Positions 25,585 through 37,205 of a stretch of 64,000 bases of DNA are shown here, piece by piece; the stretch's first letter is position 1, and each line of letters begins with the position of its first letter. A program made the position numbers and the translations under genes. The notes beneath the pieces were generated by a model. It was not told the DNA's origin and did not search any database. It worked only from the letters and a program-made list of their open reading frames with translations. This DNA comes from Octopus vulgaris (lineage: Eukaryota). The DNA is taken from NCBI GenBank assembly GCA_951406725.2, contig OX597814.1, forward strand, positions 53,010,001 to 53,074,000, given 5' to 3'.

Positions 25585-26075
25585 TATGCACACCAACAAT
25601 ACACATCCAGCGGATCATGCTAGCTTCATTTCTTTCAAGACGATGCATGTCCTCAGCAGTCATGGACCACATTTCACATGCATCATACAGTCTACCTTTC
25701 ATCCTGAGTGAGAGGCCTTTAGTTGCCAGCAGAGGTAGGAGTTCCTTGAATTTTGCCCAGGCTATTCTTCTTCTAGCCGCTACACTCTCAGAGCAACAAC
25801 CCCCAATACAGATATGGTCGCCTAGGTAGCGGAAGCTATCACCCTGTCATGTGATGGAGTCTGTTTGTACATCTTCAGTGTTTATTGTGCCTGTGCATCT
25901 GCCACACACAAAAACTATTTTCTTGGTTAACTTTCCTTTGATATTGCTGCACTTTTTATGTGTCCATAGCTTACATCGGGTACATTGTATGGAGTTTCTA
26001 CTCATGCTTTTTCTACAGATTGAGCAGGACCATCTACCTGAAGGGAATTGTGGTTTGACATCCATCAGTATCTGG
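25585..26075 (-). mobile_element. RTE-type LINE internal fragment
   Basis: KGRLYDAC...EDMHRLERNEASMIRWMC and a PHD-like Cys cluster (CSIC..IQCTRCKLWTHKKC..FVCGRC), as seen inserted in some RTE ORFs. Related piece at 62415-62665. Confidence 0.8.
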
Positions 26076-27856
26076 TGAACATGATCCCCATTGAAATTAA
26101 TGCATGTAAGATTTCACAGCTCTTGCATCACTCCTTCATAGTCAACCTATGAACTTTTCAGCCCACCCTTGTATATATGTATAAGTATGTGTGTGTGTGT
26201 GTGTGTGTGTGTATCTGTATGTTTGTGTTTTGTTTGTCTTCCACCACCACTGCTTGACAACTGTTGTCGGCTTGTTCATGTTCATGTAACCTAGCTTATT
26301 CTAGTCTCTTTTTCCAAACTGCTAAGTTTGGCAAAAGAGACTAGAATAAGTACAAAACTTAAAATTAAGTTCTGGGATTGATCTGTTTGACTAATCTCTT
26401 CAAGATATTGCTCCAGCATTGCCTCAGTCCAATGATTGAAAGAAGTAAAGGATAAAAGATATATCTGTATCTATCTATCTCTCTACCTATAATCTTGACA
26501 CACACACACACGCACACACACTATCTTGAAAGTAGATAAGGAAATGTACTGAAATCTTTGTGATACACTTTATGACAGAAATTGAATGTTCCTATAATGA
26601 AATGCATCCACATTTTTAACGTTACTCTTGACTTTGTAATTAAAGATTTTTTTATGATTTCAGGATTTCATAACTAGATGTTCTCAGCAATGCTGTCATA
26701 ATTTCACAATTTTAAAGAAATTTATGTACAGTTATTATTTCTTCAGGGAATGTAGATTCCTTATTCATCTGCTGTTGTTCTAATGTTCTATTACTACATT
26801 GATATATATATATATATATATATATATAGGCAAAGTTAAAATTCAGTTGATGTCTCTGTAAGATCTTTCAGCAATATTTGTCTGTAGCTGGGAAATCAAA
26901 TTTATTCTCAATGCAGTATCATTCATTTTATTAAGGTTATCTCTGTTTGTCCAATGTAATTCTCTTCATATCCTGAACAAGTTATTGTATTAATTAGGTT
27001 TTTGCATATACAGATAAATCATTTTTTTTTAAAAACGTTTTTAACTGGAATTCTGAACTTTTGGACAAGTTGAGACATATCTTACAGTTGGGTCACCCAC
27101 ACATTTTTTACTATTGATTCTGTTGTTAAATATAATTTAGCATTTGATAACATTATTTGTAATAATTGTGGTTATTTTTACTTTTTATAGGGGAGGTGTG
27201 TGGGTTAGTGGTTAGGGTGTTGCACTCATGATCATAATATTGTGGTTTTGATTCCTGGACTGAGTGTTGTGTTGTATTCTTGAGCAAAACACTTTATTTC
27301 ACATTACTCCAGTCCAATCAGCCAGCAAAAATGAGTAATTCTGCAATGGACGGGTGTCTTGTCCAGCAGGGTGGAATATATATGCCACAGAATATGAGAA
27401 ACTGGCCTTATCTATGGTTTAGGAAGGACCTTTGGTCATTTTTATTTACTTTTTATATTTGTATGCATTTGTAGAATCTGTATTTTCTTAGTGATCCTCG
27501 ATGCATTATAATTTCCAAATATCTCTTAACTGAATTTGCATAGACTGAGGTTACTGTGGTCCCCATAAATGTTCCAGATCAAAATTTGCAATATTTAACA
27601 TCAGGCATGGAGAATAAATTTTAATCCTTCAATTATTAATTTTTTAAACATTCAGACAATTCTTCAACAACAACATTTATGATATCACGACATTATAACA
27701 ATACCCTTAAGTACAAAGTCATGATTACCTTTAAAAATGTTAAACCAGTTGATTACATGAATGTTCCATTTGTATCCCAAAATTTTATCATAATGATTTC
27801 AGGACATTTTCTTCTCTCTTTTCAACGTAATTTAATTTGTTAAGAATTAGTTGACT

Positions 27857-27928
<72 letters not shown>

Positions 27929-30900
27929 CCAAGATTACATATTTCCTGAATCAGAATTATCCTTTTCATCAACTGCATGCATCAGCAGATTGGGAAGATA
28001 TGACTAATAATAGAGATTGCATCCACTGTACTTTTAGTCTTGACATAATTGCCATTGTTCTTGGTTCTGGAAGGTTTGTAAAACAGAATTTGGGCTTGTG
28101 TCAACCAATCAAAATTAATTTCTTTTGTTTAATATTGAAGTAGGGTGACAAACATGAAATTTTTGTATAAGTTACAGATGATAGTAGTTCTAGTGTTATC
28201 CTTGCAATACTGATAATATCTCTTTTATTTCTTAATCTTCAAACTTTCTTCCAGATACTCCTTAATTTAAAGTGTCAAACTGCTATTCATCATACTTTCT
28301 CAATCCACTGCTACATACAATTGATGAAAGGCTAATTACACATAACTTTGATTTGAATAATATGAATGACAACAACAATCACTGAATGATATTATTTTAG
28401 TTAATGCTCCTTGTTTTACTTAGTAACAATTAATATTGATTAAACCAACCTAAGTATCTTTGTAGGTATTTGCTTTTTTTTCTTTCAAACCTGAGTATAT
28501 TGAAGGGTAAAACTACCCCTGTGATTTTAACTCAGAACAGATGCATTACTAAATACTACAATGCATTATTATTTAATTTGATACTCTACTGGTCTGGCCA
28601 TTCATAATCATCATTAAACATGTACTTTTCCATGCTTGCATGGGTTGGATGGAGTTTATTTGAGGCAGATTTTCTGCAGACAGATGACCTTTCTGTCTCC
28701 AACACCCACCTATTTCCCATCAGAGTAATATTTACCCATTGCCAGACATCTTCTCACAGGATATTGGAAAATAAGTAACACTTCCTGTGTGACAATGACA
28801 TTCATTTACAACTATCACACGATGTCAAGACAAGGAGACACACACAATGTATTAACAGAACGGGGGACACACACACACATGTATTAACAGTCACATATGT
28901 ATTAACAAACACATACACACGTGTATTAAAGGACACACATGCACACACACAGATATGTATTAATGGGGACACACACATATATGCAGGGCTTCTTTTCAGT
29001 TTCTGTTTTTCAAATCTATTCATAAAGCTTTGATTGACCTGAGGCTGTAACAGAAGGCTCAAATCCAAAGTGGCACACAGTGGGCTGAACCCAGACCATT
29101 TCATTGGGAATCAATCTTTTTATCATAGTTATTCCTGCCTCTTCATTCGTAGTAATTAATTATCCTTTTTATGTTTAAACTCGCCTTTTGTAAGTAAAGG
29201 TCTTGAAATATGTTTACTTAATTTAATCTAATTATCTTGTTGGTGCTTAATTTTTAATTATGATTGGATGAAAAACAATATTAAAATAAGGTTTTGATCT
29301 AGGACTAATAAAATGAACTGTATATTGAAGTAGTCATTTAGTTTGGAGTTGTCTGTTTCTGGCATAATTTCTACTATTCAGCTATAATTATAATGATGAA
29401 GATTAGAGAGAAAAAGAATAGTTAAAATGTGAAGTAAAGAGAAGGTAGGAAAAAGGGAGTAGTAAAATGGAAAAAACAGAAATGGGAAAACAATTGAGTG
29501 GACGAGTTTTGTAAGACAAAGGAGTGAATAAAAGCTAGAAGAAAGAAAATGGGAACTACAGTGAGAGAGAGAGAGAGAGAGAGAGAAAAGGGAGAGGTGT
29601 GTGAGAAAGTGGGCGCACAGTAACAAGAAAAGCAGAGAGATTGATGGAGTAGGAAGGAGACTGAAAACAGTGGAAAAAATGAGAGATATTATAAAACAGA
29701 AAATAAAAGATGGTGAAAAGAACGGGAAAAAATAGAGGAGAAAAAAAGAATGGATGTGCCGAGTGTGAGAGAGAGAGAGAGAGAAGGATTATTAAAGAAA
29801 TAAAAGTAATGGAATGGTTACAGTGACTGTCATAGTGGACATTGACTTGCAGAGATCATAGAAATGGTGTAGACATGTGGCTGAAGAAATAATTGAAGAT
29901 GTAAAGCTGTAATAAAATTGTGTGGGCAGATTTGGTAATCAATGCAGTTGTCATTGTTACAGCAACTGTGAGTTGTATCCGTTTTGCTAGTTGAAATAAT
30001 TGGACAGCTGTAATGGTGAGGTTATCATTGTCTTAACCCAGGTCAGCCTTGACTGAGCAACCTCTGTGATTAAAGGGGCCTCTACTGTAACTATTTCCCC
30101 CTTTTTTTTTTACCCAAGATAACAAGATAACATGTTATCTCCTTTTTTTTAAAAGATGATATTATCTAATTTGAGTAACGTAAGGTTGCTATATCTTGTA
30201 GGTTAACACACTAAATGGAGGTTACTTGTTGTTCAGAGAATTGGATTTATAGTTGTGATAGTTGTTTGATGTAATAGTTGTGGTAGCTGTGAGAGTGTAG
30301 TACTTTTAATGGTTGTGAGTTGTAGCTGTTTAACTAATTGTAGATTATAATAGTTGAAGTAGACAAATATAAAATGATGGATGATATAATCCGAATTGTG
30401 TGTGATAATTAGAATAATTATTGGTGTTTGGTATTCTGGAAATGGCACTTTTGTATTAAGTGATCATAAACATTGCAATAAATGGTTTAGTTTTGAGGGA
30501 ACGTATTTGATAATAATAACCTATCATTGCAGAGATTAGTTGTGACTTTCATGCTTCTCTCAAGGGTTATTGATACATATAAAATGTAGCAGTTACAATT
30601 GGGAATTGTAATTGAGTTATGAATCTGGCTTGCTTTTAAGATATTGTTACTTTACTGTCAATAAAAATATTTTTTTTTATTACAGTCAATAATAATATAT
30701 ATTTTTTATTATAGCCAATGATAACAAAAAATTTTTTTCTTTTACATAGCTTCGGGTTTTTAGGAGTACAAATGGGAAATGTTCATGTTTTTCTAAAAAT
30801 ATTTTCCTGATAATGGAAAATCTATTTGACTTTTTAGAGTTTAGTTTTGGATGGCTAATCTTGGAAGGAGAAGAAATGGAGGCTCTCCTTGACTGTAATG

Positions 30901-32295
30901 GTCAATGTGATTGAGAGTCATCTTATATTCTTGCAGATTGTTACTTACTGGGGAAATTTGGAAAGGAAGGGAATTCTAAAGGATTGCAGCTTTGGGGATA
31001 AAGTTTTGAATAAAAGTCATTTATGTGGTTTTGGGATTGAATGCAACATGAATCCTGTATAGATGATTGAGTGCCTTTGAGCGATGATGCTAATAATTCA
31101 AGGGTACAGGAATCTTTGTAGTAATAGAGGAGACAGAGGGTGAACATAGTATATCAGTTGTTGCTTTGTGTAACTGAGTGAAGACTTGTCAATCAATTGG
31201 ATGGCCATTTTTGGATGAGGTCTACAATACTTGCATGTGTGTGTGTGTGTGAGTGTAACAGTTGCACCATCCCATTTACTTTGATCTGGAACACAGCTGT
31301 GTCTTGTATAGGGCCAGCAGCTGTTCCCAGCTGAATTAGTTTTTGACTCTGAAAAAAAAGCCTAATCTTTGGGATACATACCATTGATGTTGTCATGAAA
31401 GTTGAAGAAGGTTTGCATTATGTGTTGTCTGAACAGAGAAGGTATACTAGTGTGTGTTGTGACTGTTTCAGTATTGTTGAAGATAACTAAATTACTATGG
31501 TATCATTGGAGGATGGAAGTAGTATATTATGTTTAATGCAAAGTGCCTAGATTGCATAAGGATTCTGCCAATATATGAAAAATCATGTAAGATGGAAAAT
31601 TGCTATCATCTGTATAGCAATGTGCTTGACTGGGAGGAACAAAGTCAGTCATTGATATAGTGAAAGAAGAGTTATTAACAATCAAATGCTGTGATGATGT
31701 ATAACTTTATTTATTGAAGACTTTATAATGATAAAATAATAATAATGATAATGATAAATAATTAAGCATGAAATATTTTTGCAAATATTTCTCAAAGATT
31801 CAGTGCAGTTTTAATTTGATTTTGAGACCAAAATTTCTTTGTATCACTTTTTATTTTTTACAGCTCAATAATAATGGTCTTTTTATAGAAATGCTATGTT
31901 GTTCAGTCAGATTGGAAAAAAAAAAAAAAAAAAAAATGAAAACTATATCTTTCCATAGAATGTTTCTTAGAATCACAAGAAATCAATATAAAACAATGAG
32001 AAAGTTCTATAAGCATGGCAGGTCAAAATTTTAACCTTTATTCTGTATGTAACAGTCAATTTTAAACTGACATCAGTATTTCTAGCATTGAAATTGTATA
32101 GGTCTATGTGTTTAAATAGTAAACAACTTCTTAAGTGGGTGTTTGGTACTCATTAGCCCTTAAAACACCTTGAAAATCACGAGCAGATCATTAGCTTATT
32201 TATTGGAAATCGAAACAAAGTAGAGCTCTATATCAATAACTGCACTAATTAACCTCTGCTCAAGAATATGCAGCATCAACAAATAAAGACTGAGA

Positions 32296-33025
32296 AATTT
32301 GGGATAATGGATAAATTAAGGTAATGAGCTAGAGAAAGTACAGGTTTTTTGAAGGCAGTTGCTGAAGGATGAATGTAACCATTGTGATGTCTGAGTAAAT
32401 GTGGTTTGTCTAGGAATGAGTAATGAATGAAAGTATCATTAATAAATGAAAAGAGAAATTATTAGAGAGAAGAAATTAAACTAAGTGATCTTTTAATGAA
32501 AGTGGTAACAAATGTTCCAAATAAGATAATACATAATTGCCCTTTTTGTATGATGAAAATAGAAGTTTGATTTAAGCAACAGATGCTACCTTAACTCTTT
32601 AGCATTCAGATTACTCTGTCAAATGTATAATACTTACTTATCCACATTGCTTTGAATTAATCATGGCTTATCTCATAGCTTTGTGATTTCAATGGTGTAA
32701 TAGTTTATTTTTAGAATGACATTGTTGTGAAAGACCAGATCCAGCTAGTTTAAATATAAAGCAGGTAGAATATTTTCGTTGGATATGGTTAGTTTAAATG
32801 CTAAAGGGCTAATGCTCTTTCCATATGAGGACCTAACTAAATTATGCATGTTCAAGAAGTTCTTTGTAGCAATGGAACATGGATCACTATCAAACCTACA
32901 GCCAATCACAATGGTTGCATTCATCCTTTAGCATCACAATAGTTACATTCATCCTTCAGCAACTGCCTTCAAAAGACCTGCACTTTCTCTAACTCATTAC
33001 CTTAATTTATCCATTATTCCAAATT
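32296..33025. repeat. ~94-bp inverted repeat pair (32296-32389 / 32932-33025)
   Basis: aatttgggataatggataaattaaggtaatgag...cattgtgatg is the reverse complement, with few mismatches, of catcacaatag...ccattattccaaatt. Confidence 0.85.
32591..32812. mobile_element. piggyBac-type MITE (~220 bp); representative copy
   Basis: TTAA-ctctttagcatt ... aatgctaaaggg-ctaa termini. Related copies at ~4165-4370, 35157-35370, 36622-36845 and 62670-62870(-). Confidence 0.7.
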
Positions 33026-33465
33026 AGAACTGTAAATATCATAGCTAAATAATATAATATATATTTTATATATCGTTTCAAATTCCACCCCCTCTAAGAA
33101 CCTTATTGTTGCATTAAATGGCATTTTGCATGTGTATAACACACATGAATGTGTGTTATACACTTGATAGTATACTTGATAGAGAAATTGGAAACAAGTG
33201 AATTAAAAACATGATTAGGTATCCACAGTAAAGGTTGATATAAGCAAGAGAGACAACTATACTATAAGACAAATATACAATTTAAGCTAGATGTTGAAGA
33301 CAAGAAGACAATACAAACTAAATGGAAATAGATTGTTAGGGTTATAGAGGCCAAGGTAGAGTTAGAATACTATATAGTCTTGTGTAAAAGTTGATGGCCT
33401 GTAAAAGCCAACCCCTAAAAATTTAGAATTTTCTATAAATCTCATTAAAAGTCAACCCTACTTCT

Positions 33466-34830
33466 TCACAGATAATGGATTTGTTGAGTGTGATGGATAA
33501 GAGTAAAAGGCGGCGAGCTGGCAGAAACGTTAGCACGCCGGGCGAAATGCGTAACCGTATTTCGTCTGCTGTTACGTTCTGAGTTCAAATTCCGCCGAGG
33601 TTGACTTTGCCTTTCATCCTTTCGGGGTCGATTAAATAAGTACCAGTTACGCACTGGGGTCGATATAATCGACATAATCCGTTTGTCTGTCCTTGTTTGT
33701 CCCTTCTGTGTGTAGCCCCTTGTGGGTAGTAAAGAAATAGGCCATACACTGTTGGTACACAAAAGCCATTGGCACCTGAGGAAAGCTGCCTCCAGTTTCA
33801 TACGAGTTGTTGGCCTTGGGACCACCTGGTTCAGCTGTCTCTGAATTTCATCCCTCGTGTTCCAATTCAGGCTGAGAGCCGGCCATGGCATGGTTCTGGT
33901 GTTGTGCTGATGCAGGAAGTCCATAGTGACCCTGGCCATGTGGGAGGGAGCATTGTCCTGCTGCAACTCGTGGCTATGGTGACACGCAAAGAAGGGCATG
34001 GTGTGAGGTCTTAGGATCTGGTCAATGTAGTGCTGTGCTGTGATGCCATTCCCTCTGCCTACACCAACATTTTGGAACACACAGGGCCCAATTCTCTGAT
34101 TCAGGCCTATAGCACCCCAAACTATGATGCTTTGGCCACCCCATGGGTCTCTTTTCATGACACATGCATCTCTGTAACATTCATCACTCTGCCATCCAAG
34201 ATGGAAATGCAGTACTGGCTCTCATCAGAGAAGACTATCGACCTCTATTGTTGTAGTTGTGCCTGAAAGTGGCGGGCAGTGAGGACAGGCCCTCAAGCAG
34301 GATGACAGCAAAGCAGGTTGTTGGCGGCCAGTTGATGTACTGTTGTTGTTGCTGATGGGTCGCTGACCAGTGCCAATAGTCTTGCGAGCTGTCATGCTGG
34401 CCAGTCGGAAGCAATCATGGAGGTGTTGTAGGTGGATGAAGTGGTCCGGAGTGGATGTGGTGGTCTGGGGGTGCTTTCTGAGGGCATGATCTGCAGTGTT
34501 GTTGGTGTTGTATCACTGTTGCAGGCAATGGTGCTGACATGGATATTGTAAGCTTTCGCAACAACCAGGGCATGCTGCCCTGCTTGTAATCAGCCAATAG
34601 CTTGTTCTCTCTGTGCTGCTGACAATCAGGTCATACCTGATGCGTCCAAAGTACGAATGCCAGAAACACTGTTCAAGTTGATTTTTATACCTGTAATCTC
34701 CTCGAGATGCACATGCATTTTGGTTTTCATAACAATTATTTGTGACTGCCTCCCATGGCATTCTACACAGCTGTGTTTTGGCATCTTGTTTCAGGGAAAG
34801 TTGAAAGGTTACTTGCAAAATGTGCCTGAG
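33466..34830 (-). mobile_element. Tc1-like transposase pseudogene interrupted by a SINE
   Basis: FSDES-like motif near 34220; GGQSIIVWGAI, YIDQIL.P, QQDNAPSH.A and PWPALS in ORF 33466..34158. The 3' part of that ORF is SINE read-through. Confidence 0.85.
33509..33740 (+). mobile_element. Young tRNA-derived SINE (second octopus family, MetaSINE-like core)
   Basis: A box ctggcagaaacg, B box gagttcaaattcc, core gcctttcatcctttcggggtcgat, CpGs intact. Many older copies at 4520-5340(-), 9770-9950, 16710-16800, 18310-18720, 58212-58420, 60245-60365(-). Confidence 0.85.
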
Positions 34831-34860
34831 CCATAAACCAACATGTCTTGGAATATTTAC

Positions 34861-35157
34861 CAAAATCACAAAGTATGGAAAGCCGGCGGTGCCAAAATCA
34901 CGAAGTATGGAAAGGCGGCGGTGCCAAAATCATGAAGTATGGAAAGGCGGCGGTGCCAAAATCACGAAGTATGGAAAGCCGGCGGTGCCAAAATCACGAA
35001 GTATGGAAAGCCGGCGGTGCCAAAATCACGAAGTATGGAAAGCCGGCGGTGCCAAAATCACAAAGTATGGAAAGCCGGCGGTGCCAAAATCACGAAGTAT
35101 GGAAAGCCGGCGGTGCCAAAATCACAAAGTATGGAAAGCCGGCGGTGCCAAAATCAC
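34861..35157. repeat. 32-bp minisatellite, 9 full units plus a partial unit (caaaatcacgaagtatggaaagccggcggtgc)
   Basis: Units start at 34861, 34893, 34925, 34957, 34989, 35021, 35053, 35085, 35117 and 35149, with only 0-2 substitutions per unit. Confidence 0.97.
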
Positions 35158-36152
35158 ATTCAGATTTCTTTGTCAAATGTAAACCTTATTTATTCACATT
35201 GTTTTGAAGTAATCATGCATTTTCTCATAGCTTCACAATTTCTATGATGTGGTTGTTTATTTTTAGAATGACCTTGTAGGGTAGGTATGAGACATTGGAT
35301 CTGCTCAGTTTTAACATAAAACCAGGAGAATATCTGGACCAAAAATGGCTGGATTAAATGCTAGAGTTAAGCCCACTTTCACTATCAAAGCAGGGATTAG
35401 CCTAGGAGTCCCATGACTAAATGTTTTTGGGGACTATCTATCTTTTATCCTTTTCTTGTTTCAGTCATTGGACTGTGGTCATCCTGGGGCTCTCTCTTTA
35501 AGGGTTTATTACATATACATTAGCAATAAGTAGATATCAGTTATTAGTGGTCAGTTACATAGTGACCTGGTAAACTTGAAATGCCAGTAGTGATGGTCAT
35601 TATAATAGAGGACAGCTGATCTGTTGATGTCAGTGTTGGATGGTCAAGAAATATAATGACCAGCTGAATGGTAAAAATACAATTTTCATTCTGATATTTT
35701 GTTCATTATATTGTCTATTTTGCAGTGGTAGTAAAGGCCAGACGAATAAATATTACTAAAGCATTGCTTTACAGTAAGATGCCCGTCCTGTCATTAAAGA
35801 TACTTACTTCACATGCTTGTAACTGAAACATTTTTCTTTCTTTTTCCATCTCTTCTGCAATCTGCAACAAAGAAAAAAAGGAATTCTTCTGATTTTCATT
35901 TATGCATTACACTTTACCATTTCTCACTTTCTTTCTCCGTAATTGTGTGTGCAATTACACACACACACGCACAAAACATGTATGTATGTATGAATGGATG
36001 AATGAATGAGTGAAAGAATGAATAAAATGACAATTGCCTTAGTGTTTAGCATGTCTGCACAATTTATGGTGTGTCTGGATTATGATTCCAGTAGGCACTG
36101 AAAAACATTTTTGTCCAACCCATGCAAGCATGGAACATGATTATATACATAC

Positions 36153-36209
<57 letters not shown>

Positions 36210-37096
36210 CACACACACACACATACATACACACATACATATATACATAACAAAGACCATCCGATCGTGGCCGTTGCCAGCCTGGCCTGGCCTCCGTGCC
36301 GGTCGCACGTAAAAAGCACCATCCGAGTGTGGCCGTTCACCAGCCTCGTCTGGCACCTGTGTCGGTGGCACATAAAAAGCACTCACTACACTCACGGAGT
36401 GGTTGGTGTTAGGAAGGGCATCCAGCTGTAGAAACACCGCCAGATCTGACTGGCCTGGTGCAGCCTTCGGGCTTCCCAGACCCCAGTTGAACCATCCAAC
36501 CCATGCTAGCATGGAAAGTGGACGTTAAATGATGATGATGATCCCCAAAATAAATTTTCAGAATTTACCATATAAAAATGACATTTGAAAAAATCATGTT
36601 TCTTTTGCAGGTCAGTGTAGTTTAACTCTTTAGCATTTAGTTTAACTCTGTCAAATGTAATGCTTATTTATTCATATTGTTTTGAATTAATCACACATTA
36701 TCTTGTAGCTTTGAGATTTCAGTGATGTGATTATTTATTTTTAGAATGGCATTATAGGGTAGGTGTGAAAAACCAGATCTGGTTTATTTGAACATAAAGC
36801 AGGTAGAATATTTGGGCTAGATATGGCTGGTTTAGGTACTAAAGAATATTGTTCCAAAGGTAGATGGTTGAATTTAATGGTCTTGGTATCAGGTGTGAAG
36901 AGATTTGGTGTAAGTAGATTTGAAGGTATTATCTATCAGATATTGATTTTAAAATAGTGATGTGTCTAGAGATGTCTGTATAACCAAAAGAAATCAATAT
37001 TTATTGGTCATTATTACCATTATTGATCCATTCATTATTTTTTATATTTTCTCTTTGAAAATTGTCAATTTTTATTTCTCTCTTTTTCTCTGCTAG

Positions 37097-37205
37097 ACGA
37101 TGGTGCAATATCTTGGACTGAATTCCTTGGATTTTTTGCTGATGGTGTTATGGGGAAAGAAGAACTCAAAGCTTTGTTTGATGAAATTGATACACATAAT
37201 ACCAA
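37097..37205 (+). CDS. NECAB: NECAB-like exon: (D)DGAISWTEFLGFFADGVMGKEELKALFDEIDTHNT(N)
   Basis: Polypyrimidine tract + tgctag acceptor, AA|gtgagt donor, 109 nt. Strong similarity to the NECAB1 segment [37 protein letters not shown] (recalled sequence). Confidence 0.95.

Noticed and set aside
30900-31700. Possible decayed LINE endonuclease region on - strand
   Set aside because: Only vague compositional resemblance; no motif could be read confidently.
34861-35157. 32-bp repeats resembling a CRISPR array; repetitive ORFs in three frames
   Set aside because: Units are head-to-tail with no unique spacers, there are no cas genes, and the context is a eukaryotic intron. The ORFs simply reflect a stop-free unit.
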